DNA of 64,000 nt. It comes from Nitrospinota bacterium. Its GTDB lineage: Bacteria; Nitrospinota; Nitrospinia; JACRGO01. The notes below the pieces were generated by a model. The model did not search any database and was not told the DNA's origin. It was given only the letters and a program-made list of their open reading frames with translations. A program made the translations under genes and the position numbers. Shown here in pieces: positions 27,384 through 36,701 of this stretch; within the stretch, counting starts at the first letter, position 1, and every line of letters starts with the position of its first letter. The stretch is from positions 232-64,231 of the forward strand of contig JACRGO010000181.1 in assembly GCA_016212295.1 (NCBI GenBank), in the 5' to 3' direction.

Positions 27384-28691
27384 CTATTTCCCGTCCTCCA
27401 GACGCAATGAAAAAGTTTCCTTCTGTATGATATCTAATTTATCGATCTCTTCCAAGGCTTTTCTTATATTTTTTTCCACGGCCGAGTGCGTGGTCATAAC
27501 CACCGGCACGCCGCTACCCTTGTGCCGCTCCTTTTGAATCACGGATGAGATGCTTATATTGTGGCTTCCAAGAATGCCGGAAATTTTTGAAAGCACCCCT
27601 GGTTTGTCGAGGGCCTTGAAGCGGAGGTAGCACTCGGACTCCACCTCATCCATTGGCCGTATGGGGATTTTTTGAATATTTTCTCTTAGCCATGACCGGG
27701 CCGGGAGGCGGTTCTTGGCGCCGCAGAGGATGCCCCTGGCGATCTCTATCACGTCCCCCAGCACCGCGCTGGACGTGGGCAAGGCCCCGGCCCCTTCTCC
27801 AACCAGCAGGGCCGCCCCGACCGCCCTGCCGTGAATTTCTATGGCGTTCGTGGCGCCGTTTACGTTGGCTATGGGATTGGACGCCTGCACCATCGTGGGA
27901 TGGACCCGGATGTCCAGGGAATCCCCGCACCCCTTGGCAATGGCAAGGAGCTTGATCCGGTAACCTAACTGCCTGGCGAAGGCGATGTCCTCGGAGGTTA
28001 TCCTGGAAATTCCCTCCATGTATACCTTGTCTATTGGGATTTCCGTGCCGAAGGCCAGCATGGCCAGGATGGCGATCTTGTGCGCGGAGTCGTGTCCTTC
28101 GATATCGAAGGTGGGGTCCGCCTCCGCGTAACCAAGCCTCTGGGCCTCCTTCAAAGCGGCCTTGAAGTCGCGTCCCTCGTCGGACATCTTGCTGAGGATG
28201 AAATTAGCGGTCCCGTTGACGATCCCGCGTATGGAAAGGATTTCATCTCCCGCGAAACCTTCCTTGATGGCGCGTATTACCGGGATGCCCCCGCCGACGC
28301 TCGCCTCAAAGCCGATGCATACCCCTTTTTTTTCCACGGCGGCGAAGATCTCGTCCCCATGCTTGGCGAGAAGGGCCTTGTTGGCGGTCACGATGTTCTT
28401 TCCGTTCTCGATCCCCTTTAAAATGAATTCCCGCGCCGGATGGTAGCCTCCCATGAGTTCGAGCACGATGTTTATATCAGGGTCATTAAGAATCTCCTCG
28501 GCGTTTGTGGTAAGGATAGAGCGGTCCACCTGGACGCCCCGGTCGCGGCCAAGGTCAAGGTCCGCGATCCTCTTAAACCTGATTTCAGCGCCGACCCGCT
28601 TGGCGATGATATCCCCGTTCATTTGAAGGGTCTTCACCACGCCAGCGCCGACTGTTCCGAATCCTATGAGGCCTATATAGATGGATTTCAT
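27384..28691 (-). CDS. hom: homoserine dehydrogenase with C-terminal ACT domain
   Basis: NAD-binding N-terminus [14 protein letters not shown] and the Hom catalytic blocks. The ATG at 28691 (MKSIYIG) with RBS aggaa is preferred over the track start at 28718. Confidence 0.92.
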   Translation of the reverse strand: MKSIYIGLIGFGTVGAGVVKTLQMNGDIIAKRVGAEIRFKRIADLDLGRDRGVQVDRSILTTNAEEILNDPDINIVLELMGGYHPAREFILKGIENGKNIVTANKALLAKHGDEIFAAVEKKGVCIGFEASVGGGIPVIRAIKEGFAGDEILSIRGIVNGTANFILSKMSDEGRDFKAALKEAQRLGYAEADPTFDIEGHDSAHKIAILAMLAFGTEIPIDKVYMEGISRITSEDIAFARQLGYRIKLLAIAKGCGDSLDIRVHPTMVQASNPIANVNGATNAIEIHGRAVGAALLVGEGAGALPTSSAVLGDVIEIARGILCGAKNRLPARSWLRENIQKIPIRPMDEVESECYLRFKALDKPGVLSKISGILGSHNISISSVIQKERHKGSGVPVVMTTHSAVEKNIRKALEEIDKLDIIQKETFSLRLEDGK

Positions 28692-28753
28692 TACTGTTCC
28701 TTGTATACTAAATACCAAAAAAATTTACCGTCCCTCTTGAGCACCTTGCTGTG

Positions 28754-29461
28754 TTACTTCTTTTCGGATTCGATGTTTTCCGGGACACTAAGAAGCTTCC
28801 CTTCGTTTTCAAGCGTTCGAAGCGAATGAATTTTTTCCTGAACAACCTTGACCAATTTTTTGTCCGCCGACCGAGGTGACGGAATATTAAGATTGGAATT
28901 TTTACGTCTCATGGTCAGATACTTGTCTATAATATCCAGTTCACCCTTTATCTTATCCTGCTTGTTTCGAAACCAGATATCTTTTATTAGCTCTCTGATT
29001 TCCCTAATTATTTCTCCAATGCCTGAAAAGCTGAAATCCCCTGGTGATGCAATGTGAATTCTCCGCACTCTCAATCTGTTTTCATCTGATGTGTACGATT
29101 CGATATCTAAATAGATATCAAAAGCCATTGAAGGCTTCTCGGCTATGTCATGTGCGAATGGAAACGGAAGTGGCGGAGGGTAAGGTAGCATGATCTTCTC
29201 TTCTCGCCACATTTGAATGTAATCGCGCCATATATGATAGAAATCGCGGCTCATGGGATGGTCCATGTATTTGTGCATTCGTTTCATTGATCGTTCCATA
29301 GCTTCAAAATTTTCTTCCTCCCGACGACGTTGAATCTCGACAGCAAGGAAGGCATCGTAGATTTTTGCAGCACTTGACACAAGAGTGAGGACATCGGAAG
29401 CACCCCAATCCCCTTGAGTCCGAAAGTTAATTAAAAGTGATGTTGATTCCGAATTATTCAT
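28754..29461 (-). CDS. hypothetical protein (no recognisable domain), AT-rich island gene
   Basis: ORF of 235 aa co-oriented with hicBA and hom. Its composition is AT-richer than the flanking core genes. Confidence 0.45.
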   Translation of the reverse strand: MNNSESTSLLINFRTQGDWGASDVLTLVSSAAKIYDAFLAVEIQRRREEENFEAMERSMKRMHKYMDHPMSRDFYHIWRDYIQMWREEKIMLPYPPPLPFPFAHDIAEKPSMAFDIYLDIESYTSDENRLRVRRIHIASPGDFSFSGIGEIIREIRELIKDIWFRNKQDKIKGELDIIDKYLTMRRKNSNLNIPSPRSADKKLVKVVQEKIHSLRTLENEGKLLSVPENIESEKK

Positions 29462-29579
29462 CGTTTTTTTTCTCCTTTTTTCAGTACAATCACTGATTTA
29501 GCAGACTACACAGATTTTTCTTTAATGATATTTTAATCCAGGAAATCCGCGCAATCCGTGGCTAAACGCAATTTTTGAA

Positions 29580-29810
29580 CTACAAGCCATTCCATTCATC
29601 ACTGGTAATTTCACGAGTTATTATACTCTCCACCTCCCTAATCATCATCCGGAGCTGCGGAATTGAATATTCGGCGTTGGAGGGAATTGCAATGCGATGT
29701 TGCTCATATACCATAAATTGATGTTTAGCTCCAATGAAAGGCCCATCAAAACCAAGTTTACGCAGATTGCGAATAAAATCCCGGCGTTTACATGGCGTCC
29801 ACTGACTCAC
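29580..29810 (-). CDS. hicA: type II toxin HicA family (YcfA-like mRNA interferase)
   Basis: KRRDFIRNLRKLGFDGPFIGAKHQFMVY...IPSNAEYSIPQLRMMIRE matches the HicA pattern. GTG start overlapping hicB. Confidence 0.65.
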   Translation of the reverse strand: MSQWTPCKRRDFIRNLRKLGFDGPFIGAKHQFMVYEQHRIAIPSNAEYSIPQLRMMIREVESIITREITSDEWNGL

Positions 29811-30060
29811 GAGCCGGCTCCTTGTTTAAATCAATGCCGCCAATAACCGGCAAGGGATGCCCGAGTTTCAATCCCACAAATATCCAGTCTTCAAGGGTGG
29901 AACGCAGCTCGTTCTGGCACTCACGCAATGTAGCTCCAAAGGCTACTACTCCTTTGCAGGAAGGAATCCGGCCAGCAAATGCGCCGTCTTCAATTTTGTC
30001 ATAGAGGGCTTGCGCCATCGCCTCATCAACATACTCGCTTAGAATATACCGTATGGACAT
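29788..30060 (-). CDS. hicB: type II antitoxin HicB family
   Basis: HicB-like N-terminal domain (IRYILSEYVDEAMAQALYDKIEDGAFAGRIPSCKGVVAFGATLRECQNELRSTLEDWI). RBS aggagg. Confidence 0.65.
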   Translation of the reverse strand: MSIRYILSEYVDEAMAQALYDKIEDGAFAGRIPSCKGVVAFGATLRECQNELRSTLEDWIFVGLKLGHPLPVIGGIDLNKEPARESVDAM

Positions 30061-30176
30061 TGAGAGCCTCCTATTTTAACCTTTTGCAAATTCCTGGCCC
30101 AATCCAGTTTGGCATTCTTCATAATACTCAATTGAAGCATCTAACTCTCTCTTTGCTGAGGTATAAAATGAATACT

Positions 30177-30404
30177 TCACTTCGAAAACCTGTCGCGAAT
30201 TTCCTTGAAGACGGTTTCTCCTGGAATTGTTTTTGCTCCTCCATTTTTAACCTCATTTACTCGTTTTTCCGCTTCCTCAACCCATAGTTCATCAATATTT
30301 TTTTGATGTGGATGCATGCTGTTAAGAAGCTTTTCTACTAGTTGTGTTTTTATGTCTATTGGTAATTCATCCACCATTAACATGAGTTCGCCACTCTTTA
30401 TCAT
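30177..30404 (-). CDS. putative addiction-module antitoxin component (Unstab_antitox-like), orphan
   Basis: LMLMVDELPIDIKTQLVEKLLNS...IDELWVEEAEKRVNEVKNGGAKTIPGETVFKEIRDRF matches the pattern of that antitoxin family. No intact partner toxin lies downstream, only a 26-codon remnant. Confidence 0.5.
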   Translation of the reverse strand: MIKSGELMLMVDELPIDIKTQLVEKLLNSMHPHQKNIDELWVEEAEKRVNEVKNGGAKTIPGETVFKEIRDRFSK

Positions 30405-30423
30405 GAGACTTTCCTCCCGTTCG

Positions 30424-31590
30424 TCACAAAACCTTCTTTATTCCCCGTATCGCCTGCCGGGTGCGGTGTTCGTTTTCCACCAGGGCGAAGCGGACGAACT
30501 CATCGCCCCCTTCGCCAAAACCGATGCCCGGAGACACCGCGACCTTGGCCTCCTTGATCAAAAGCTTGGAAAACTCCAAAGACCCCAACTTTTTGTACGC
30601 TTCGGGAATTTCCGCCCAGACGAACATGGACGCCTTGGGCTTTTCGATTCTCCATCCGATCCGGTTAAGGCCCTCCACCAGCACGTCTCTCCTGGCCCTG
30701 TAATCACCGGTGATCTTCTCGACAACGCTCCGGTCGCTGTTCAGGGCGATGATGGAAGCGATCTGTATGGGCTGGAACATCCCGTAGTCCATATAGCTCT
30801 TCAATCGCTGAAGCGCGAAGATCATGTCCTTGTTTCCAACCGCGAAACCGACCCTCCAGCCAGGCATGTTGTAGCTCTTTGACAGGGTGAAAAATTCCAC
30901 GCCGACGTCCTTCGCCCCCGGGACTTGCAGGAAGCTCGGGGCCTTGTAGCCGTCGAAGACTATGTCCGCGTAGGCGAGATCATGGACCACCATCACGTCG
31001 TTTTCCTTGGCAAAGGCCACCACCTTTTCAAAAAATTCCAGATCAACGCACGCGGTTGTCGGATTGTGGGGAAAATTTAGAAGCAGCAGCTTCGGCCTTG
31101 GCCACAGCCTGTTATGGGTCTGAAGGAGCTTCTCAAAAAAATCGCCGTTTTTCGACAATGGGACATGCGCCACGTCTCCGTTGGCGATGATGACCGCGTA
31201 AGTATGAATGGGGTAGGTGGGGGTCGGGACAAGTACCGTGTCCCCAGGGCCTATGATGGCCAGCATCATGTGGGAAATGCCTTCCTTGGAGCCGATGGTG
31301 GCTATGGCCTCGGTTTCATAATCAAGGTCCACGTTGAAGTTTCTCTTGTACCAATCGGTTATGGCGAGCCGGAGTTTCCTTATGCCCCTGGAGGCCGAAT
31401 ACCTGTGGTTCTTTGGGTCCTTGGCCTTTTCAATCAGTTTGTCAACTATGAAATCCGGGGTGGGCTGGTCCGGATTGCCCATGCCGAAATCTATTATGTC
31501 CTCGCCGCGTCTCCTGGCCTCCTCCTTCAAGGCTACCACTGTGTTAAAGACATAAGGCGGAAGGCGTTTTATCCTGGCGAATTCTTTCAT
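30424..31590 (-). CDS. alaC: class I/II aminotransferase, AlaC (glutamate-pyruvate aminotransferase)-like
   Basis: Near-collinear with E. coli AlaC/YfdZ: [71 protein letters not shown] at 31590 (MKEFARI) with RBS aagagga. Confidence 0.85.
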   Translation of the reverse strand: MKEFARIKRLPPYVFNTVVALKEEARRRGEDIIDFGMGNPDQPTPDFIVDKLIEKAKDPKNHRYSASRGIRKLRLAITDWYKRNFNVDLDYETEAIATIGSKEGISHMMLAIIGPGDTVLVPTPTYPIHTYAVIIANGDVAHVPLSKNGDFFEKLLQTHNRLWPRPKLLLLNFPHNPTTACVDLEFFEKVVAFAKENDVMVVHDLAYADIVFDGYKAPSFLQVPGAKDVGVEFFTLSKSYNMPGWRVGFAVGNKDMIFALQRLKSYMDYGMFQPIQIASIIALNSDRSVVEKITGDYRARRDVLVEGLNRIGWRIEKPKASMFVWAEIPEAYKKLGSLEFSKLLIKEAKVAVSPGIGFGEGGDEFVRFALVENEHRTRQAIRGIKKVL

Positions 31591-31627
31591 GATTTTTATC
31601 CTCTTAACCTCTGCGCGGCTGAGTCGC

Positions 31628-31736
31628 AATTAAGTTTGAAGTGCCTAAAGTTAGCTAAAGTGACTAAAGTTAAAAATTAAAACAATTGCTTTTCTACCGC
31701 AACTTTAGCTCACTTGACACTTTAGTCACTTTTAAA
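31628..31736. repeat. family B 'ctaaagt' palindromic element
   Basis: ttaagtttgaagtgcctaaagttagctaaagtgactaaagtt ... ctaccgcaactttagctcacttgacactttagtcac. Confidence 0.6.
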
Positions 31737-31742
31737 TAGTAT

Positions 31743-31878
31743 AGGAATTTCCATTTTTAATCTTTTAAAATCAAATAGATATATGAGGCACACCCCCCTT
31801 TGATCCCCCCTTGCCAGGGGGGAATTTTTGAAATATTCCCCCTTAAAAAAGGGGGCCAGGGGGATGTCAATTCTTTAA
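31743..31878. repeat. family A G5/C5 double-hairpin element
   Basis: About 88% identical to 39810-39945. C6-ttgcca-G6 and C5-ttaaaaaa-G5 hairpins bracketed by a C6...G5 outer pair. Confidence 0.7.
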
Positions 31879-31966
31879 AGCCCGCCCGAAGGGCGTTAAG
31901 TTCAACCCGGAAAAACTTTGCAAAAAAAAACACGGTTTTATAAGACATATTTTCCGTTGGTTTAAT

Positions 31967-32443
31967 TTAAAAATACTGCATACTAGTCTTCTTGAATTCC
32001 CTTGAGCTGAAAAGGAGCTTATAATCCGTGATCCCGGTGGCCTCGGATATCCTTTCCGCCACCTCAAAGCATTCCTCCTTGGATTGCCCGTGTATCATGG
32101 TAAAAAGGTTAAAGGGCCACCCTTCAAAAGAGGGCCTTTCGTAACAATGGGTGACCTCCTTGAACGTGGCCATGATTTTCCCGACTCTTTCCCTGTCCTC
32201 TTCCGGCACTATCCACACGCCCATGCCGTTGGCGCTGAATCCGGCCTGTCGATGGCGCAAGGTGGCGCCGAATCTCCTGATATAGCCTTTTTCCTTGAAC
32301 AGCCTAGCGCGTTCGATGAGCATTGATTCGGAAATGCCCATCCTTTCCGCGATTTCCCTGAAGGGCCTTTCCGTGAGCGGGATATCTCCCTGCAAATGGC
32401 GGATCAGGCCCTTGTCCGTTTCGTCAAATATCGGTTCCGTCAT
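31967..32443 (-). CDS. AsnC/Lrp-type protein, siroheme decarboxylase (AhbA/AhbB, NirDL/GH)-like
   Basis: HTH_AsnC N-terminal (LIRHLQGDIPLTERPFREIAERMGISESMLIERARLFKEKGYIRRFGA) plus RAM-like C-terminal domain. One of two tandem paralogues, as in ahbAB pairs. The specific function is inferred only. Confidence 0.5.
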   Translation of the reverse strand: MTEPIFDETDKGLIRHLQGDIPLTERPFREIAERMGISESMLIERARLFKEKGYIRRFGATLRHRQAGFSANGMGVWIVPEEDRERVGKIMATFKEVTHCYERPSFEGWPFNLFTMIHGQSKEECFEVAERISEATGITDYKLLFSSREFKKTSMQYF

Positions 32444-32900
32444 TTCCCGCTCCCTTGAATCTTAAGTTAACAGCTATTTTGAATACCCTGGTGGACGGCA
32501 TTTCCCGGACGTCCAGTATACCGCTCTTTTGGGATATCTCGCCGAGGATCTGGTAAATGCGCTCCCTGGAGGGAGTAATGAGCGTGAACCAGATGTTATA
32601 GGCGTGGTTTCGTAAATAGTTATGGGTCACTTCCGGATACTGGTTAATGATGTCCGCCACCTCGTCCACCCTCTCCTCCGGGACCTTGATGGCGCACAGG
32701 GTGCTTTTGAAGCCGAGTTTCTTGGAGTCGAAACTGGCGCCTATTCTCCGGATAATACCGCTTTCCTTGAGATTTTTGACTCTTTCCAGAGCATCGGCTT
32801 CCTCCAGGCCGAGCTCCTTTCCAAGCTCAAGAAAGGGGCGCTCGGAAATAGGAAATTCCGCCTGTATTTTGTTGAGAATCAATTTGTCTGTATTGTCCAT
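32424..32900 (-). CDS. AsnC/Lrp-type protein, second member of the AhbA/AhbB-like pair
   Basis: DKLILNKIQAEFPISERPFLELGKELGLEEADALERVKNLKESGIIRRIGA plus RAM-like domain. The ATG at 32900 (MDNTDK) is preferred over the track start at 33014. Confidence 0.5.
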   Translation of the reverse strand: MDNTDKLILNKIQAEFPISERPFLELGKELGLEEADALERVKNLKESGIIRRIGASFDSKKLGFKSTLCAIKVPEERVDEVADIINQYPEVTHNYLRNHAYNIWFTLITPSRERIYQILGEISQKSGILDVREMPSTRVFKIAVNLRFKGAGNDGTDI

Positions 32901-32994
32901 AACCCATCCATTAAGAGGAAAAGCGCTGCTGATTCGAAAGGCTAAAATTCCGGTGAAACAGAAAAAAAGGAGGGCGGCTTGAGACCTTAAAAAA

Positions 32995-33276
32995 TTAGAA
33001 CCGTGCCGTTTCAATTTTTCTTATAAGATGCTCCAACTTCTCTTCGGCTATACGGTCGGCTCGGGAGTTTCCGTGTTTCAATTCAAAAAGCTCATGGCAA
33101 ATGTTGAGCGCCGCCAACACAGCCAAATGGAGGGAGGAAGCGGTGGGCGCTGTTTCCGCCAATGCCTTTATCTTGGCGTCCAGAAATTCCGCTATTTCCT
33201 TGACATCTATCCCGCCTTCAGGCTGCTTGATTTTATACTTGTTCCCGTAAATTTCCACTTCCACGGCGTGGGACAT
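32995..33276 (-). CDS. zapA: cell division protein ZapA
   Basis: VEVEIYGNKYKIK N-terminal beta-domain plus coiled-coil tail. Directly follows zapB with stop/start overlap. Confidence 0.7.
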   Translation of the reverse strand: MSHAVEVEIYGNKYKIKQPEGGIDVKEIAEFLDAKIKALAETAPTASSLHLAVLAALNICHELFELKHGNSRADRIAEEKLEHLIRKIETARF

Positions 33277-33554
33277 TAGTTAAAATCAATGCCTTCCAGT
33301 TTTTGAAGAATGGCTTCTATAGAGGACCTTGCCGCGGTCCTGCCTTCACGCAAGACCCTGTTTTCCTCTTTCAAGGATTCAACTGATTGGGCGCCATCCC
33401 TGAGCCGGTCCGCCTCGTCCTTTTGGCCCCGCAGTTCCGATTCAAGGGAACGGACCCTTTCCTCCAATTGCCTCTTTTCCTCCTTCAAGGCCGCGAAGCG
33501 TTCGAGTAATTGGCCTATTTTCGATTCCACAAGGGAAATTTTTTCTATATCCAT
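33276..33554 (-). CDS. zapB: coiled-coil cell division protein ZapB-like
   Basis: A 92-aa all-coiled-coil protein (heptad E/R/L repeats) immediately upstream of zapA. Confidence 0.55.
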   Translation of the reverse strand: MDIEKISLVESKIGQLLERFAALKEEKRQLEERVRSLESELRGQKDEADRLRDGAQSVESLKEENRVLREGRTAARSSIEAILQKLEGIDFN

Positions 33555-33660
33555 AGTGAAAAAATATTAACACAATTATTGAATTAATGGCAAACGCAAA
33601 AGTATATGGCCCTCCTCAAGGGAAATTGACAACCTCTCCGGCGGCGGTTATTATAAAAAA

Positions 33661-33918
33661 ATGAGGAACCTGATTATTATAGCCCTGGTTGTCATCGGCT
33701 ACTTCCAGCTTAAAAGGCTTTTATGGGAAAGCCCCCCCTTGAAAAGGGAGAAGAGAGCGAAGGAAGTCGCGGATGAGATGGTGCAGGACCCTGCCTGCGG
33801 GGTCTATGTGCCAATGAGAAACGCCGTCCCAAGGACCATTTCAGGGCATGAGTTTTTCTTTTGCGGGAGCAGGTGCGCCGAGGATTACGAGCGCAAGATC
33901 GCCTCGCGGAATGCGTGA
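33661..33918 (+). CDS. small membrane-anchored YHS/TRASH-like metal-binding domain protein
   Basis: N-terminal transmembrane helix. DPACGVYVP...HEFFFCGSRCAEDYERK resembles the YHS-domain Cys/His pattern. Confidence 0.45.
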   Translation: MRNLIIIALVVIGYFQLKRLLWESPPLKREKRAKEVADEMVQDPACGVYVPMRNAVPRTISGHEFFFCGSRCAEDYERKIASRNA

Positions 33919-33924
33919 GTGAAA

Positions 33925-34072
33925 CGAAATTCCAAATCTCAATTGTCAAATAACAAATAAATCTCAATAACCAAAATTACAAAAAATAAACAAGGAAAAG
34001 GAATTGTTTTGAACATTCGGTAATTGTAATTTATTTGGAATTTGCTATTTGTCATTTGGAATTTTGTTTTCC
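33925..34072. repeat. large AT-rich palindrome (family F)
   Basis: gaaattccaaatctcaattgtcaaataacaaataaatctcaataaccaaaattacaaa ... taattgtaatttatttggaatttgctatttgtcatttggaatttt. Confidence 0.55.
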
Positions 34073-34128
34073 TTTTGGCTGCGGAGAAGCCGCGCCATCT
34101 GATATTAACAACTCAAGAAGGAATCGAC

Positions 34129-34356
34129 ATGCCTATTTACGAATTTGTTTGCGAGTCTTGCGGCCATCCCTTTGAGGCCATTGTTCCGAATTTTTCCTCA
34201 ACCGCGCCGTGCCCTTCGTGCAAGGGCAGGGAAGTGAAAAAGCAGTTGTCCGTGTTCGCGGCCCACACCAACCCTGGAGGGGAAGCGCCATGCCAGACCC
34301 CGGCGTGCGGATATAAAAGCGGGGCCTGCGGCTCCGGCATGTGCGGCGTGAATTGA
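34129..34356 (+). CDS. FmdB-family zinc-ribbon protein
   Basis: MPIYEFVCESCGHPFE...CPSCKG with a Cys-rich tail. RBS aagaaggaa. The track start at 34042 lies in the palindrome and is rejected. Confidence 0.65.
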   Translation: MPIYEFVCESCGHPFEAIVPNFSSTAPCPSCKGREVKKQLSVFAAHTNPGGEAPCQTPACGYKSGACGSGMCGVN

Positions 34357-34376
34357 TTTTAAGGAGGCCTTTAAAA

Positions 34377-34592
34377 ATGTATGCTGTCGAATTCAGAACA
34401 AAAATTAAAAATGGAATTATTTATATTCCAAAAGAATATAGAGATAAGTTGCAAGAGAATGTGAAAGTAATTGTATTAAAAGATGAAGAAGAGGGGAAAA
34501 ACGCAAATATGATTGACCAGCTTCTCGAAGCCCCTCTTAAGATGAATAATTTCAGGCCACTTTCAAGAGAAGAGATATATGGGCGTAATTAA
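34377..34592 (+). CDS. vapB: AbrB/SpoVT-type antitoxin (VapB-like)
   Basis: MYAVEF...IIYIPKEYRDKL..VKVIVLKD swapped-hairpin pattern. RBS aaggagg. Overlaps the downstream PIN gene. Confidence 0.55.
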   Translation: MYAVEFRTKIKNGIIYIPKEYRDKLQENVKVIVLKDEEEGKNANMIDQLLEAPLKMNNFRPLSREEIYGRN

Positions 34593-35016
34593 GCAAAAAA
34601 CCCAATGCTTTGTGGATACAAATATATGGCTTTACTCATTTATAGAGACTGATGAAGCAGAAAAAACAAAAATCGCTAAATCCATTATTCGAGATAATGA
34701 GGTTTTTATTTCGTCCCAGGTTGTAAATGAGACGTGTGTAAACCTTTTGAGGAATGCACGGTTTTCAGAAGAAAATATCCAACTGCTTATTACATCGTTC
34801 TATCATAAGTATACGGTTTTAAAAATTAGCAAGGGTATATTGTTTCATGCATCTAAATTGCGAGGGCACTATAATTTGTCATTTTGGGATAGTATTGTTG
34901 TGGCAAGCGCCCTGGACTCTAATTGCCGTTACCTTTATTCCGAAGATATGCAAAATGGGTTAATCGTTGAGGAAAAAATGACAATCGTAAATCCCTTTAA
35001 AGAAAATAAAACATGA
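34579..35016 (+). CDS. vapC: PIN-domain ribonuclease toxin VapC
   Basis: CFVDTNIWLY (first acidic residue), later SEDM and D-containing PIN motifs. A 145-aa protein directly after the antitoxin. Confidence 0.75.
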   Translation: MGVIKQKTQCFVDTNIWLYSFIETDEAEKTKIAKSIIRDNEVFISSQVVNETCVNLLRNARFSEENIQLLITSFYHKYTVLKISKGILFHASKLRGHYNLSFWDSIVVASALDSNCRYLYSEDMQNGLIVEEKMTIVNPFKENKT

Positions 35017-35031
35017 CGCGGCTTTCCATTT

Positions 35032-35715
35032 TCAAGCCTGATTTTCCTGTTTCAGGTAATCCTCAAGTCTATGCCGCACTATTTCCCCCTCGGCCATGAA
35101 TATGATATCTTCCGCGATATTGGTGGCCAGGTCCGCGATCCTTTCCAGATGGCGCGAGGCGGAGAGGGTATGGATGGCCCTTTGAATGGTGTCAGGGTCT
35201 TCCCGCATCAGGTCCTGCAACGCCACGTACATTTCCTTATTCATTTCATCCACCGCGTCATCCTCTCGCCAAACCTTCCTGGCAAGGGCCGTGTCTGAGT
35301 TGACCAAGGCGTTAAGGCTTTCATGGACCATGGCCTGGACCCTTTCCATCATTTTTGAAAAATTAAGCGGCGCCCGGATGGGGGGCTGAGTGGATAGATA
35401 AACGCCCCGTTCCGCTATGTTCACAGCCAAGTCGCCCATCCTCTCAAGGTCGTTATTTACCTTCATCACTGTGATGATAAAGCGAAGGTCCTCGGCCACA
35501 GGCTGGTGCAGGGCAAGGACCTTGAGGCATTCCTCCTGAATCTCGTTTTCCTTGGCGTCGATTTCGTCGTCCCCCTTCATCACATCCTCTGCCCATTCAG
35601 TGTTTCTCGCGACCAGGGAGTTGATGGCCTTGTTAATGGCCCCCTCCACCATTGACCCCATGTACAGCATTTCTTTTTTCAAATTTTCCAAATCCCGTCT
35701 AAGGTGTTTGGGCAT
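35032..35715 (-). CDS. phoU: phosphate signalling complex protein PhoU
   Basis: Two PhoU repeats with the conserved E/D..D motifs (DDEIDAKENEI, DDAVDEMNKEM). Downstream of pstB. Confidence 0.9.
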   Translation of the reverse strand: MPKHLRRDLENLKKEMLYMGSMVEGAINKAINSLVARNTEWAEDVMKGDDEIDAKENEIQEECLKVLALHQPVAEDLRFIITVMKVNNDLERMGDLAVNIAERGVYLSTQPPIRAPLNFSKMMERVQAMVHESLNALVNSDTALARKVWREDDAVDEMNKEMYVALQDLMREDPDTIQRAIHTLSASRHLERIADLATNIAEDIIFMAEGEIVRHRLEDYLKQENQA

Positions 35716-35774
35716 TTTTTTTCTCCTGAAAAATCATGGCGCTTTTTAAAAAGCGTTAACTATGTTTGTAATAG

Positions 35775-35925
35775 TTCACCGCGGAGACGCAGACGCGGAG
35801 AAAATTTAGAGTCTATTTGTAATACGCTCGATTCCATCTCTTAGGAAGGCTATAGGCTGAAGGAAAGAAATAATTTTTTTCTTTAATTTACATACTCAGC
35901 GCCTTTGCGTCTCCGCGGTGAACTA
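35775..35925. repeat. family C GC-hairpin (long-loop variant) between pstB and phoU
   Basis: caccgcggagacgcagacgcggagaaaa ... 90 nt ... gcgcctttgcgtctccgcggtg. Confidence 0.6.
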
Positions 35926-35936
35926 TTATCTATATT

Positions 35937-36701
35937 TTACCCGAATCTCCCGGTCACGTAGTCTCCGGTCTTTTTCTTCTTTGGACGGGTGAACACTTGC
36001 GTCGTCTCCCCGAACTCCACCAATTCACCGCCGTCCAGGAACACGGTAAAGTCAGACACCCTGGACGCCTGCTGCATGTTGTGGGTGACGATCACGATGG
36101 TATATTGCTCCTTCAACTCGAAGAGAAGGTCCTCTATTTTGGATGTGGAAACAGGGTCCAGGGCGGAGCATGGCTCGTCCATTAGAATGATCTCAGGCTG
36201 CATCGCCAGGGTCCTGGCTATGCAAAGCCTTTGCTGCTGTCCTCCGGAAAGGGCCAGGGCCGACCCGTTCAGCCGGTCCTTGACCTCCTTCCAAAGCGCC
36301 GCCTTTTGAAGGGAGGTCTCCACCAGTTCCTGAAGATTTTCCGTGTTTCCGTGAATTGAAGGTCCCCATGAAACGTTCCTGAAAATCGACTTGGGAAAGG
36401 GATTGGGCTTCTGGAAGACCATGCCGATTCTGCGCCGCACCTCAACCGGGTCGACTTCCGCGCCGTATAAGTCTATGCCCCTGAAAAGGATCTTGCCGTC
36501 CATGCTGACGTTCTCTATGAAATCATTCATCCGGTTAAAGGCCCTGAGCAGGGTGCTTTTCCCGCAGCCTGAAGGCCCGATAATGGCCGTGATTTTCCTG
36601 TCGGCTATGCTTAAGCTGACGTCTTTAACCGCGGAGGAGTCTCCATAGCGAATCGTCAGATTTCGCGTCTCCAGAGTCGGCGTGGAAGGAGTGTTTACCA
36701 T
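35937..36701 (-). CDS. pstB: phosphate ABC transporter ATP-binding protein PstB
   Basis: Walker [10 protein letters not shown], signature [16 protein letters not shown], Walker B ILMDEP. ATG at 36701 (MVNTPS) overlapping the pstA stop. The track N-terminal extension is rejected. Confidence 0.92.
   Translation of the reverse strand: MVNTPSTPTLETRNLTIRYGDSSAVKDVSLSIADRKITAIIGPSGCGKSTLLRAFNRMNDFIENVSMDGKILFRGIDLYGAEVDPVEVRRRIGMVFQKPNPFPKSIFRNVSWGPSIHGNTENLQELVETSLQKAALWKEVKDRLNGSALALSGGQQQRLCIARTLAMQPEIILMDEPCSALDPVSTSKIEDLLFELKEQYTIVIVTHNMQQASRVSDFTVFLDGGELVEFGETTQVFTRPKKKKTGDYVTGRFG

Noticed and set aside
31618-31880. Interpretation of the family A and B elements purely as terminators of the upstream AsnC-zapAB operon
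   Set aside because: Not fully rejected, but copy A1 lies in a divergent promoter region with no upstream co-directional gene ending there. The terminator-only explanation is therefore insufficient.
34042-34128. N-terminal 29 codons of the track ORF preceding fmdB
   Set aside because: They lie inside the AT-rich palindrome. A good RBS and conserved MPIYEF start occur at 34129.
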